A DNA stretch of 64,000 nucleotides. It comes from Owenia fusiformis. Lineage: Eukaryota. Numbering within the stretch: the stretch's first letter is position 1; the number at the start of each line of letters is the position of its first letter. The stretch spans positions 38,254,001 through 38,318,000 of the forward strand of contig CAIIXF020000001.1 of the NCBI GenBank assembly GCA_903813345.2, given 5' to 3'. The notes under the pieces were generated by a model. The model did no database searches. It saw only the letters and a list, made by a program, of their open reading frames with translations, and was not told where the DNA came from. Below are positions 12,585-24,500 of the stretch, one piece after another. A program made the position numbers and the translations under genes.

Positions 12585-15500
12585 ACTGCATCAAGAGAGA
12601 TGATAGTGTATGGATCAGAGCTTGACTCTTTGAGTGAGAATGGGTGGAGCCTATCAGTAAGCACATCTAACACCAGAGTAGCCAACCTTGCCTCACAGAT
12701 AATTTCCAGGTATTTTACAAAGATCTGTTATCACTGGTAACCCACTCCGAATGTCCAAGGTACGATTTTTCTTTTTTCCTTATTTCACACATTATAGGCA
12801 GAATTACCACAACATTTTTATCACAAACCGACAACATATATCTATCACATATGTTTAAGAAAATGTACATATTTGCGAACAAGTAGTTCAGAAGACAACT
12901 GAATCGTCATTTTAATTCCTCACTTAAGTTACAGAAACAATATTTTGAAAAACAGTTAAGATGTGCACTTTTAACCAATATCATTTCTGTAACTAAAGTG
13001 AGGAATTAAATCGACGATTCTGTTGTCTTCCGAGCTATTTTTTCACAAACATGTACCTTTTCTAAAACGTTTGTGTGAAAAAATGTCGTGGGGATTCTGC
13101 CTACAACGCGTGAAATTAGGAAAAAAGAAATATCATACCTTCGACGTTCCAACATTTTGTTACCGAAACGAACCTTTTCGGTAACCATCGTAATCGAGTG
13201 GATCACCAGTGTGTTATTAATATTTTGGATATAAAAATGTGTAAAATTGCAATATTAACACAATATTACTACATAATTCTTGTTTTATATTCTCACTTTT
13301 TTGATGAATATGGAGTGCATTTAAAGACAACTAGCTTCAAACCCTCACAAAACTACATGCAACTGGGTCTTAGTCATCATAAAAACATGTCATTCCTCAA
13401 ACACAATGAGTAACACTTAATTGTCCTATCTGTAGGTACCATGCACTAGTTAGTAGCTGTAAGAAACAGTGTATGAAACAGGAAAAGGCTGTGATTGAAC
13501 ATGAGGGCTATGGAAGACTATACAAGGCTTTGTAACAGAGCCTAGATGACCTCGAGGCCAAACTTAGAAGCAATACATTCACACAGGGGGACAGATCACC
13601 TGTGCATGCTAAATTACAGAATGTCCAGGTATGTTCAATGAAAGTCTGGATCTTTATTTCAATGAATAATTTTAATATTTAATTTCCAAATATTTTGTTA
13701 TGTATTCATTTCAGAACTTACTGTCCTACAAGGAAGAAGAAAATCATAATCTTAGAGCTAAATCACCCAAAGTTACATTAAATCACAAAGTCTCATATTT
13801 TATACACATCTCACTGACATTATCCACATATTTGTTCAAGTCACTGCCATATACAATGCATACAGTTATCTGCTCAGCATTAAAACAAGAAGGCATAGCA
13901 CCCACCTGAGAATTTTAAAACCAGCTTTATTTCATCTTCCTAAAAATTCATTTGCACCCACTTAAAAATGAGAAAAATAATGAAAAATGGGCATAGTTTT
14001 ACCAGTTTTGGTCTGAATTGTGAAATGAGAATTTTGCACCAACTTGATTAAAAATGCCTTATCTGGTGCCTGATAATTAAAATCCTGAAAATATGGCAAA
14101 TTGCCATGTTTCTAGTTTTATAGTCACTTCAATTGATTCAATGTAGCAATTTGTGACATTGATTTATAGGAATCAGATATATGATAATTATGTAAGTTTG
14201 GTCGATCTTTCCATTGATATATTAAACTTGATACCATCTATTTTGATTTTGGCTGTAGAGGGGGGGGGGCAGGGCTTATTTGACAGTTAAGAATAGCATT
14301 TTAGAGTCATATTACCGTTTGAATTTTGGAAGCTACTCTAGCTTTATCAATATGCAAATCTAAAATTTTATGAATCATGTTTTCACAGAACACAAGTAAT
14401 TCGCATATATCTTTTGAAGCTGACACTTATGAGTGAGAAAAGTTTGGTAGACAGAAGGAGGGAGAAATTCTCAGAGTTGCTGACACAGAGTGGTGACCCT
14501 CATTTTACCTGAGAGAAGAACCTTGTTGTTGAGAGATACCACATGCTTCTCGACAAAGTGGAGGTATGATCTACAGATACTTTATATGATGCACTGTTAC
14601 ATTGAGTAATTTTAATATTACTGGTACAAAAATAAACTTCCAACATTGAGGATGAGTTGATTATAGGATCAATTGTCTTAGGGATGAGTTGTCTTGGGGA
14701 TCAATTGACTTTGGGATGAGTTGGTTCTTGGCAACCAGTTGTCTTGGAAATCAGTTGTCATGGGGACTAATTGACCCTGCAATCTATCGTGTACAAATGT
14801 ATATGTAAATCAGGGTGTTTGTTCTTGCAAATGGATATCCATTTGATCTCATTTCTTTAATCTGATCTCTCTTTAAGGATTTATTAAGGGAATGTGACAA
14901 TGTATTGTCAAACCACATATACCAAGAGGCACTGGACCATGTCACAGAATGAATAGATGGAGAAACCACTGAATAACCTGGAGGGGGATAGGCACACCAC
15001 ACAAGCTCAATTACTCAAGGTAAATTTTGGGATATTTTACAGAATGAAGCCGAAATTATACACAGGGTGTTCCATAAAAATTGTATTCCCACATACTTGA
15101 ACCCTCAACCCTTATAAACAGATGTCTCAAAAGAAATTGTAGAGATTATCCAAAGTTACATTTCTATCTCATATGTACGAGTGAAGGTCTTCTTATTTGC
15201 TATTAAAAACCCTCTCGTAGTTATACAGTACAAATGTATTTCTCTAATATATTTTACATTCAAAATATTACAAGTTCAATGCCAACGGAGAATGAAAAAT
15301 GCAACTCATTTAAAATTATCAGGCGTAATTGCTCAGATTATTAAAGCTCAAAGCTAAAACTAAAAGCAAACAAAGTGACTGTAAGTAAATGAAAGTATAA
15401 TTTCTCCAAAAAGGATATTCCTGTACAAATAGAGGATGGTCAGAGCCTGCTTCATACCATGCAGACACGGGGAGAGAAAACTCTGACAAATTTCTTGGTA

Positions 15501-15632
15501 TTGGGTCGAGACACCATCCGGCAAAACCTTCACTACGATTATGAAACTTTGACAAAACGACTCGCAGATACCAAGGGCACATTAGAGAGCTGTCTCCTGG
15601 AGTTGTCACAGTATGGTGACCGCACAGATCCG
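12585..15632 (+). pseudogene. Captured, decayed multi-exon fragment of a spectrin-repeat protein gene (nesprin/MSP-300-like)
   Basis: GT-AG bounded exons 12585-12709, 13436-13628, 13715-?, 14389-14563, 14878-15019 and 15414-15632. The first three splice in frame to ...RVANLASQIISRYHALVSSCKKQCMKQEKAVIEHEGY...GDRSPVHAKLQNVQNLLSYKEE. The last reads GQSLLHTMQTRGEKTL...IRQNL...LADTKGTLESCL. Internal stops and frameshifts are present. Confidence 0.7.
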
Positions 15633-16163
15633 GTGAGAATGAGTACCTTTATTCCAAAAAGTTGGGAAATGATGCTTGCACTGATTTTGAGGAAAAACAC
15701 TGAAGATTTTTTTCAGAGTCCAACAATTTATGCAATTTTTAAACTATCTCTTCATATGACTTGAAATAAGAAACAATTAAGGCACAGGGTGAGCCAAAAA
15801 TGTTATTCTAAACAAATGTTAAAAACTAAGTCATTCAGCATTGTTTAAGATCATATTTATCACCATTAAACCTTTTCAATTTTCTTCATCTTAGAAGTAT
15901 GGCTATATATTATACTAAAACTGAAGGGATTTTAGAGTAGATCACAATTATGGTATTGTTTTTCTGATTCTTTTCTCAGAAAATTAAAAATGGCTGGAAT
16001 AGGCCATAACTTAGAGATATTATACTACAATGATCTATTTATTGAAGGGAAGAGTGCGATGGTAAATATTACATTGTGACTACAATTCATGATTTATATA
16101 TGTTCGTTGGGATTCCCTACACCTTGGAGTTGCCAATTTCTAGTTGTAAATTGTGAATTGTAG

Positions 16164-16772
16164 GTTCTACAACATGAGTCAGAACATCCCCAGGTTCTAC
16201 AACAACATGATTCAGAACATCCCAAGGTGCTACAACATGAGTCAGAACATCTATCACCAGGTTCTACAACATGAGTCAGAACATCACCAGGTTCTACAAC
16301 ATGAGTCAGAACATCCCAAGGTTCTACAACAACATGAGTCAGAACATCCCAAGGTTCTACAACAACATGAGTCAGAACATCCCCAGGTTCTGCAACAACA
16401 TGAGTCAGAATATCCATCACCAAGTTCTACAACAACATGAGTCAGAACATCCCCAGGTTCTACAACAACAGGAGTCAGAACATCATCAGGTTCTACAACA
16501 ACATGAGTCAGAACATCCCAAGGTTCTACAACAACATGAGTCAGAACATCCCCAGGATCTACAACAACAGGAGTCAGAATATCCCCAGATTCTACAACAA
16601 CAGGAGTCAGAACATCATCAGGTTCTAAAACAGCATGAGTCAGAATATCCATCACCAGGTTCTACAACAACATGAGTCAGAACATACCAAGGTTCTACAA
16701 CAAAATGCGTCAGAACATCATCAGGTTCTACAACAACCCGAGTCAGAACATCATCAGGTTCTACAACATGAG
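16164..16772. repeat. Minisatellite, ~30-36-bp unit GGTTCTACAACAACATGAGTCAGAACATCCCA
   Basis: About 18 tandem imperfect units; explains the repetitive ORFs on both strands. Confidence 0.95.
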
Positions 16773-19450
16773 TTGTTTGGTTGTTTGCAAGCTAACGAAA
16801 TATTGATGAAATAGTGATTAATAGAATTTATTAAGTAAATTGATCAGAAGTATTTGAATTTATAGTACCTACGAAAACATATATTTCGTGAAAAATATCA
16901 CAGACTCTCGATAGCTAATACATTTTTATAGTCTCAGGGTGTTATTTAGATGGAAATCGGTGTTTGTTTCAAGGTTACAATGAATGTGTGCAAACCATCT
17001 TTTGTTGAAATGCCTTGTTAACTTTATGTAAAGATATTCATTTGCAATAACTTTGTAAAGTACATGTAGTCATTTAATAAGAGAAATCTTAAATGGATGA
17101 ATTGTGGTGCCCCAATAAGTGGAGAGTATAAGATTTCTACTTGGCGAATAAATATGAACACTGTTATTTCAATACAGGATATATCATGCAAAAAAATTGG
17201 AGATTGGTTAGCTCATTACATTTGGAAGATCTTAAAGATATTCAATTAGTGGTTCTTACACAGTTTGCCTCTGAGAATAACAAGGCGTCTGTTGTTGGTA
17301 AACATTGGATTTCTTCTAAAAATTCAAAAATTGAAGTAACATTAAGCGGTTCTTTTGTTTATTGTATTTTTGAGTTTTTGAGGGCTTCCATTGACATTTA
17401 ATCATGGGGTTATGGAAATTGTTTTTTCTTGTCAAATTTAACCAGTAATTGCATTATTCATTATGTAGGCATTTTAGTTTATGTGGACATACCTGAATCG
17501 GTGCATTTTCTGTTGTGTTATTGCCAACTCAAGGGTATGATATTGAGAAAAATATCGATTATGATCCTTTTAGCTGTGATCACTTAGGTTTTCATACTCT
17601 ACAGCTACTATTTTTATTTGCATTAAACATGTTGAAAATCATCACTCACTATAATATATCAATCAGTTCTGTTAATCAAAATCAATGTGTTAATATTGAG
17701 ACAAAATTCAATAAAAAAGTCACATTTGCACTCATTGGAATTGTGCGCTCATTAGAGATAATATTACAGGTATATGTATTACATTTTTTATATCTTATAT
17801 ACAACAGTAAAACCTGTTTTAGTGCACACCTCTCTCTAGTTATCACCACTTTAGATAGATTTCACATCGACTCCTGTATATAATCCCATCTAGTTAGAAA
17901 ATACCTACCGTGAACACTTTTTGTGGCTCAATAGGTGGTCACTATTTACAGGTTTTACAGTATTTGAATTTATTGGAATATATGTAAATGTGCCTTTATT
18001 TGTGATCGATGTACAATGGACTTGATGTTTCAATACTGAATGCATACATTTTTGGCTTTTGCAAAATATATATTGTCACTAGTCCACAGTAGGGGCAATA
18101 GGAATTAGCCACATCCAAAAATGGAGACAAAATTAATGTTTATGTTCAGGATTGAAGTGAGTCAACAGGTATATGCATAATTATAAAACTTTATAAATCG
18201 CTTGATAAAATGAATAGTCACATGGGTTGACCTTGAAATGGCATGTGTAAATAGTTATTTGCAATAGAAATAAATAAATCCGTACATCAAACTTTCTTTA
18301 TTAGTTTATTTGGTCCAGACTTGAATACAGCATCAACTCCAAATACTTCAATGTAGTTCAAGGCCAGCTATTATCAGAAATTATAACATTAATTAAAACC
18401 TCATCTAATCCCAAATACCTTTGAACACGTAAACTTGAACACATAAGGATTCCAACTCCTAATTGCTATAGCCAATTCATCTTCGAGAACAAATTTTATT
18501 CTATTTGAGAGCCTATATCGGCATGAATTCAAACTGACAGAAAGGTAAAAGGTCGGGCAATTAATCCAATTCATGAATACCAAAGGATGCTACATCCCGG
18601 GTTTAGAGTGTTTTGCATTTCGTTCAGTTTATGGCGCCTCTCACTGGCAAAAGTTAAAATAGCACTGGTTTCGAGACTATTTAAATACGGGTCAAGGGAT
18701 GCAGGATAAATGAGTCGGAGGATGATATATCTCCTGGGTTTTATACAGCATTTTATTGTTTTAAGTTAAAATCTGGGCTGTAGCCGGGATTTGACGGGGG
18801 GGGGGGGGTCATTTTTATAAAAATCCAAGGGATTCACTTTTGAAATGGCCAAAAAATGACCAAAACCCTTGAAAAAGTGCTCAGCTGCATGGTTTTGAAA
18901 GCATTTTTGGCAATGGTAGAAGGTCCTGGCTACGGGCCTGTTACATAAGTTTGTTAATGATAGATTCAAACTGATAGCATGGTCGGTCATACGGGGGTCC
19001 TATCCTTAAATCCATAAATACTCTGATAGGACGCTGTCCCGGGGTTTTTGTGTCGTTTCGTTCAGTAAATAGCACTGGTTGCGAGACTATTTTAGTACGT
19101 GTTTCGTATCCATATATACTCTGATAGGACGCTGTCCCGGGATTTTCGTGTCGTTTCGTTCAGTAAATAGCACTGGTTGCGAGACTATTTCAGTACGTGC
19201 TTCGAAAACCATCAGCACGGGTTTAGGAAACCCGGGTTCTGTCAGTGTTTGCCATCGACCCTTTCTCAGTAAAACTGGGGAAGTTTTAATTCATTGATAT
19301 ATTTAGTCGAAAATGAATATTCAGTTAGCTATCAGGCTATGGAACGAAAGATGAGTTTCTCGAAATATTCTAATTGCCCCCTGGCCTTAAGTGTAGCCAT
19401 GGAAAATGTACTCTTACATTGCTAGAGTCACTTATGGATCATATCACATA

Positions 19451-20720
19451 CACTCCCCTCCATAAGTTTGGCAACCTTAGCTCCCCCATTGAACTACGTG
19501 TTAAAACCTCTTTACGTTTGAATTTTTATTTACTTAACCGGCGGTGAAATAACTTATAATATCGATGGAAACGTAACTTGACTTTATTTCCAATCGCTCC
19601 AAATTTTCTAATTTTTTTCCTCAATAAGAATAGGTCGAAAACTGATGATAAATTTGATGAAATTTTGAAAACCGTCATTCCCATGTAATCCAATGGGAAA
19701 TGGAAGGGTTCGGGGCAAATCAGAAATCAGGATATGTTTTCAGTAAAAGATTCAGCAAAAAATATTTTTATATAGAAAATTAGATTGTCTAACTTTTTTG
19801 TACACTAACTGTTTAGTTTATTTGATGAATACTAAAGTTAATTTTCCGCCTCCTACATGTTATTTCAATGGGAGAGGTTTTTTGAAAAACAATTTTGACT
19901 TTAAAGCCCTATAATTTTGTTGAACCTGAAGAAGCATATCAATTTTTGTAAAATAAAGTTAGCGAATTCAATTGCCTGCCTAACTCGTATTTTTGCAAGG
20001 ACTCGGATGGATGGATATTCTGTCATACGACTTGCGGTAAACCTACCATTTCCCACTGGTTAACATGGGAATGTCGATTTTCAAAAAGTCATCAAATTTA
20101 TCATCAATTTTCGACTTATTGTAAATGAGGAAAAAATTGAGAAAATTTGGAGTTATTGGAAATAAAGTCAAATTACGTTTCCATCAATAGTATATATAGA
20201 GGATATCCTATGATTTATGAGTGATATGATTTTTATCCACGATCCGAATGGATATGATATCTGCACGAGCGAGCGTAGCGAGAGAGTGCAGATATCAATA
20301 TCCATGAGTGGATTAAAATCATATCACGAGTAAATCATAGGATGTTCTTTTTATTCCATAATTAAAGTCATCGTCAGAATCGTCGGACATTAAGTGATTT
20401 AATTCGAATTTTCCAAACGATCCGGCGATGTTGACACTGAGCCTCGTTTTGAGTCTGAAGTAGCAAAAATCCATAAACCATCGCATACGACGTCGTATGT
20501 CATGGCTAAAAAACCGTATGCTATGGTTAAGTGAAAATTTGTCAAAAATATCATATTTTACCACTGATTACAAAAATACCGTTTTTATTTTCACATGTTA
20601 TCCTATGAATATCATGCTAACTATGGAATAAAAGTATTTGCATCGCAGGTTAAGTAAATAAAAATTCGAACACGTAGTTCAATGGGGGAGCTAAGATTGC
20701 CAAACCTATGGAGGGGAGTA
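19451..20720. mobile_element. Tc1/mariner-type foldback MITE, copy 2 (interrupted at 20197-20632)
   Basis: CACTCCCCTCC...GGAGGGGAGT termini; colinear with copies 1 and 3. Confidence 0.85.
20197..20632. mobile_element. TSD-less hairpin element (Crypton-like, tentative)
   Basis: Absent from the paralogous MITE copy near 44810. Long terminal hairpin with loop GAGCGAGCGTAGCGAG; internal TTTATTCCATA is inverted with terminal TATGGAATAAA; no clear TSD. Confidence 0.6.
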
Positions 20721-20732
20721 GGTACACGTTAA

Positions 20733-20999
20733 TGTCATGATATGTATTCTATTATGCTAATTATAACATATTCTTGAGTTTTGTTTATTACTTACTTATT
20801 AGGCAATTAACTTTATATTACATTTTTTGCATACTGTACTAGTTAATAATAATTAGCAAGGTAAAAGGTAGAGACATGAATAAGTGAACTAAGTATGAGA
20901 TGTAAGCCAGTGTGTATGTAGAGTGTAGAGTAGCAAGATGTAGGTGATTTTGTAACCTTGAATAACTTGAATAAAGAACCTTTAAAAGACTTCTTGACA
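20733..20999 (+). repeat. 5' LTR (267 bp)
   Basis: TGTCA...TGACA termini; the first 150 bp are identical to 32676-32825; AATAAA near the 3' end. Confidence 0.95.
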
Positions 21000-21001
21000 A
21001 A

Positions 21002-21015
21002 TGGGGGCTCGTCCG
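21002..21015 (+). promoter_or_regulatory. Primer-binding site complementary to the tRNA-Pro 3' end
   Basis: TGGGGGCTCGTCCG 2 nt after the LTR; matches the first 14 nt of the canonical tRNA-Pro PBS TGGGGGCTCGTCCGGGAT. Confidence 0.9.
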
Positions 21016-21563
21016 TACAATAGCTAAGATCAAGTTAAAGATGGCAAATAAGAAAACATCAAGTATGTACTTACTCTTTTATTAAAGTAATTGTATGTTC
21101 CTTCTTACTGTTCTAGTGTGTACATGTGAATTTGCTAGCTTAAAGTTCTATAATCACCTACTATCTTGTAGGTACATCAGTAGTAGTAGTAGTACTTAGT
21201 AGTAGTATAGTCTGAAAAGTGTCTTAGTATATATTATCTAGCAGTGATTCAATTTTTGGAAAAACAGAATATCCTTTTTACATGAAGTGCACAACTTCAC
21301 CAATCCTATTATAATTAGAGAACACCAAAATTTTTGCTGTTGTTTTAAATATTGTCGTTGACAATATTTATTTGTTCCTCTTCCCTAAATATTGTCGTTG
21401 ACAATATTCATTAATTCCAATTCCCCATATTTTTTTTTCGTCGTTTACTATATCTATTGGTTCCCATTCCATACATTTTTTTGTTTATATTTCGGGTACA
21501 TGAACCTTTATCTCTGTTTTATTTTGAGTGCTTAGTCCCACTTTCCCAAAATTGTAGAGCACT

Positions 21564-24500
21564 CATTCTATTCTCTCATCACTACCCGTCATTCAACATA
21601 ACACCAACTTTCAGTTTCAAGGAATGAGAGCACTTGGCACCCGTGTTTATTAGTAGCGTTATCCCGCAAGACGGGGTTGACAAGACACAAATGTTTGTTC
21701 GATTATCGAGGACTCATTGTGCATAAAATGTATGTATACAGATCAAATTAACGTTAATAATCAAGACTATATAAAGTATAATGATATCTCAGTTAATCCT
21801 AGAACTATTAATACGTATAAAGTGAATCTGATTGGCACCATTAAAACCTCTACTCTTATTATGAGAGACCGAGGACTCCTTAAAAGCTTTAAAAAGAAAC
21901 CATCTTCATCTAAACTGAGGTTTCTTTGGAGATGAAAAGGTATGTCAATCAAAACCACTATCTACATGTATATTATTACTGAACAATACTCTTACAAGAG
22001 TTGATACATAATGTTTGAAATTTACGAATACAACACTGTAATGTGAATATTAAAACGAAGTGTATGTGTTGACTACACGGTGCCAAAGCTCAGAATGTCT
22101 ATCTATACACTCTACCTTCACCACGAAAACATCCACTCACTCACATAACTCTACATTGAACTGAACTCATCGTTCAGCCAATAGAAGGCATTTATGTTCT
22201 AAAGTCGCTACGCTCCACCGAACATAAATAGGCATTCTATTCTCTCATCACTACCCGTCATTCAACATAACACCAACTTTCAGTTTCAAGGAATGAGAGC
22301 ACTTGGCACACAGAAAATCTAAAGAACGGGAAAGATATAGAACAATAAATTGATTATGTCAATTTGAATCCACAGATTCTAGATACCAACACTTTATAGA
22401 TAAAAGTATCAGTCTTCGGCAGAAATACTTATTCAACAATCCTGTCTTTAAATGTCGAATTATTTTACACTGAACCAATGCTAAAATATAATGTCATCTC
22501 AATGTAAAGCAAAAAGCAGCAAACCCTAAGTTACACATTGCAATGTCTCCAAGAGGTATAAAGTTCAATGATCGCTTCGTGTTAGGAAGAATCATAACAA
22601 ACAATGCTGTAACTGGCTCCGTCTGCGATTGTTTGAATATCAGTTCAAATGTCCCATCGCTGATATATTTGACTGATGTTGAATCACAAATGTTATGAAG
22701 TCCATATGACGTATATCCATCCTATGTCAGATTTGACAACATATTTGTCACAAGGCAATTGTACATTCTTTCAGTTGTGTTGATCAGCCCTTTAGCACAA
22801 CGGTGCTTGCAACATCTGTGCCAAAATCCCTTAGTTCGGCATATAAACATCGCTTTACTTTAATTACTGCTCTACCAGCCTGGAAATATATCCATTAACA
22901 AATTTTAAATGTATAATTACAACAATATCTTTAACAATAAATCTTTTCGTGAACGATTCACTGATTTTCCAACAGCTCATCTGCAATTCAGCAATATCTA
23001 AAGAAAATTGTTCAATATAAATGGACACCATCCAGATCAAAATACCTGAAAAGTAATTGACCAATGAAATACATATAGAAATCGTCAGGTTGTATATTGC
23101 CTATCATGACATGTTTACCTGTGAATTGTAATTCTTATGCAGTGGTACATTACACACGTCTAAACTATAAACTTGTGTCAGCATATACATCGTAATCTCA
23201 CATATATAGAAATGTCGTTAGCAATTCTCATTTTGTGCACTATCATATATAACCTGGTGTATTCACGTGCATTTCTCAATATGTTTATCTGAATATCTCT
23301 GCGAGTTTACCTAAACATCTCAATGTTTACCTGAACATCCCAATGTTTTTGCCTATACATTTCAATGTGTTTACATACACATCACATTACATCTGTATAT
23401 CCCGTATGTTTCAAGGATTTTCCAGTTTTCTTGCCCGCGCATTACAGTTTGCTAACCTTCAAACCACAATGTGCTTACCTTCACATCATATTGTGATTAA
23501 CTGCAACAATGGTGTGCATATCTACACATCAAGATGTGCTTACCTACACATCACTGTGTACTTACCTGCACATCACGATGTGCTTACCTGCACATCACAG
23601 GGTGCTTACCTACACATAACAGTGTGCTTGCCTACACATTACAATGTGCTTGCCTACACATTACAGTGTGCTTACCTACACACCACTATTTACTTACCTG
23701 CACATCACGATGTGCTTACCTGTACATCACAGGGTGCTTACCTACACATTACAGTGTGCTTACCTACACATTACAATGTGCTTACCTATACATTACAGTG
23801 TGCTTACCTACACATTACAGTGTGCTTACCTGCATATCTCGCTGTGCTTACCTGCACATCACTGATACCCTGCACATCATGACGTGCTTACCTGCTCATC
23901 AAAGTATGCTACCCTGTACATCACGTTGTGTTACCCTGCCTATCACGGTATGCTACTCTGCACATCGCTGTGTGCTACTCTGCACATTACAGTGTGCTTA
24001 CCTGCACATCACAGTGTGTTACCCTGCACATCACGGTGTGCTAGCCTGCACGTTGCGGCGTGCTAATATACACATCACACTGTGTTACTCTGCACATCAC
24101 GGTGTGCTAATCTTCACATCACAGTGTGCTAGCCTGCACGTCACGGCATGCTCATATACACATCACACTGTGTTACCCTGCACATAACGTTGTGCTAACC
24201 TGCACATCACAGTGTGCTACCCTGCACATCACGGTGTGCTAGCCTTCACGTCACAGCGTGCTTATATACATATCACACTGTACTAACCTGCACATCACGG
24301 TGTGCTAACCTGCATGTCACGGCGTGCTAACCTACACAATAAAATGTGCTACCAATCACATAACTTGTGCTTACTTACATATCTCAGTTGGTTAACCTTC
24401 ATATCACAGTGTGTTTACGTACACATCACAGTGGCTTACCTGTACGCGCCATGTTATGCATACATACACGTCCCGTTTTAATTTATCTGTACATCACAGT

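Larger units (their letters stand above)
5839..19267. mobile_element. 13.4-kb composite DNA-transposon-like insertion with 8-bp TSD, carrying host exons (Pack-type; superfamily unresolved)
   Basis: AGTAAAAC at 5831-5838 and 19268-19275; the paralogous empty site (34526-34533) has it once. Imperfect inverted termini: CAGAAGCACTCGATG vs revcomp GAGAAAGGGTCGATG. AAACCCGTGCT subterminal repeats on the left; AGCACGGGTTT/AGCACTGGTT on the right. Confidence 0.85.
4439..20732 (+). repeat. Local duplication, copy A (about 2.4 kb ancestral unit plus later insertions)
   Basis: 4439-5838 matches 33134-34533 with very few substitutions. 19268-20732 matches 34526-34625 + 39129-39746 + 44598-44910 once the insertions are removed. 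Confidence 0.95.

Noticed and set aside
16094..16772. QHESEH/CC-rich ORFs, or a CRISPR-like array
   Set aside because: Head-to-tail minisatellite with no unique spacers; the ORFs arise on both strands from repeat periodicity.
21002..21015. tRNA-Pro gene
   Set aside because: Only 14 nt complementary to the tRNA 3' end, located at the LTR boundary; it is a primer-binding site.
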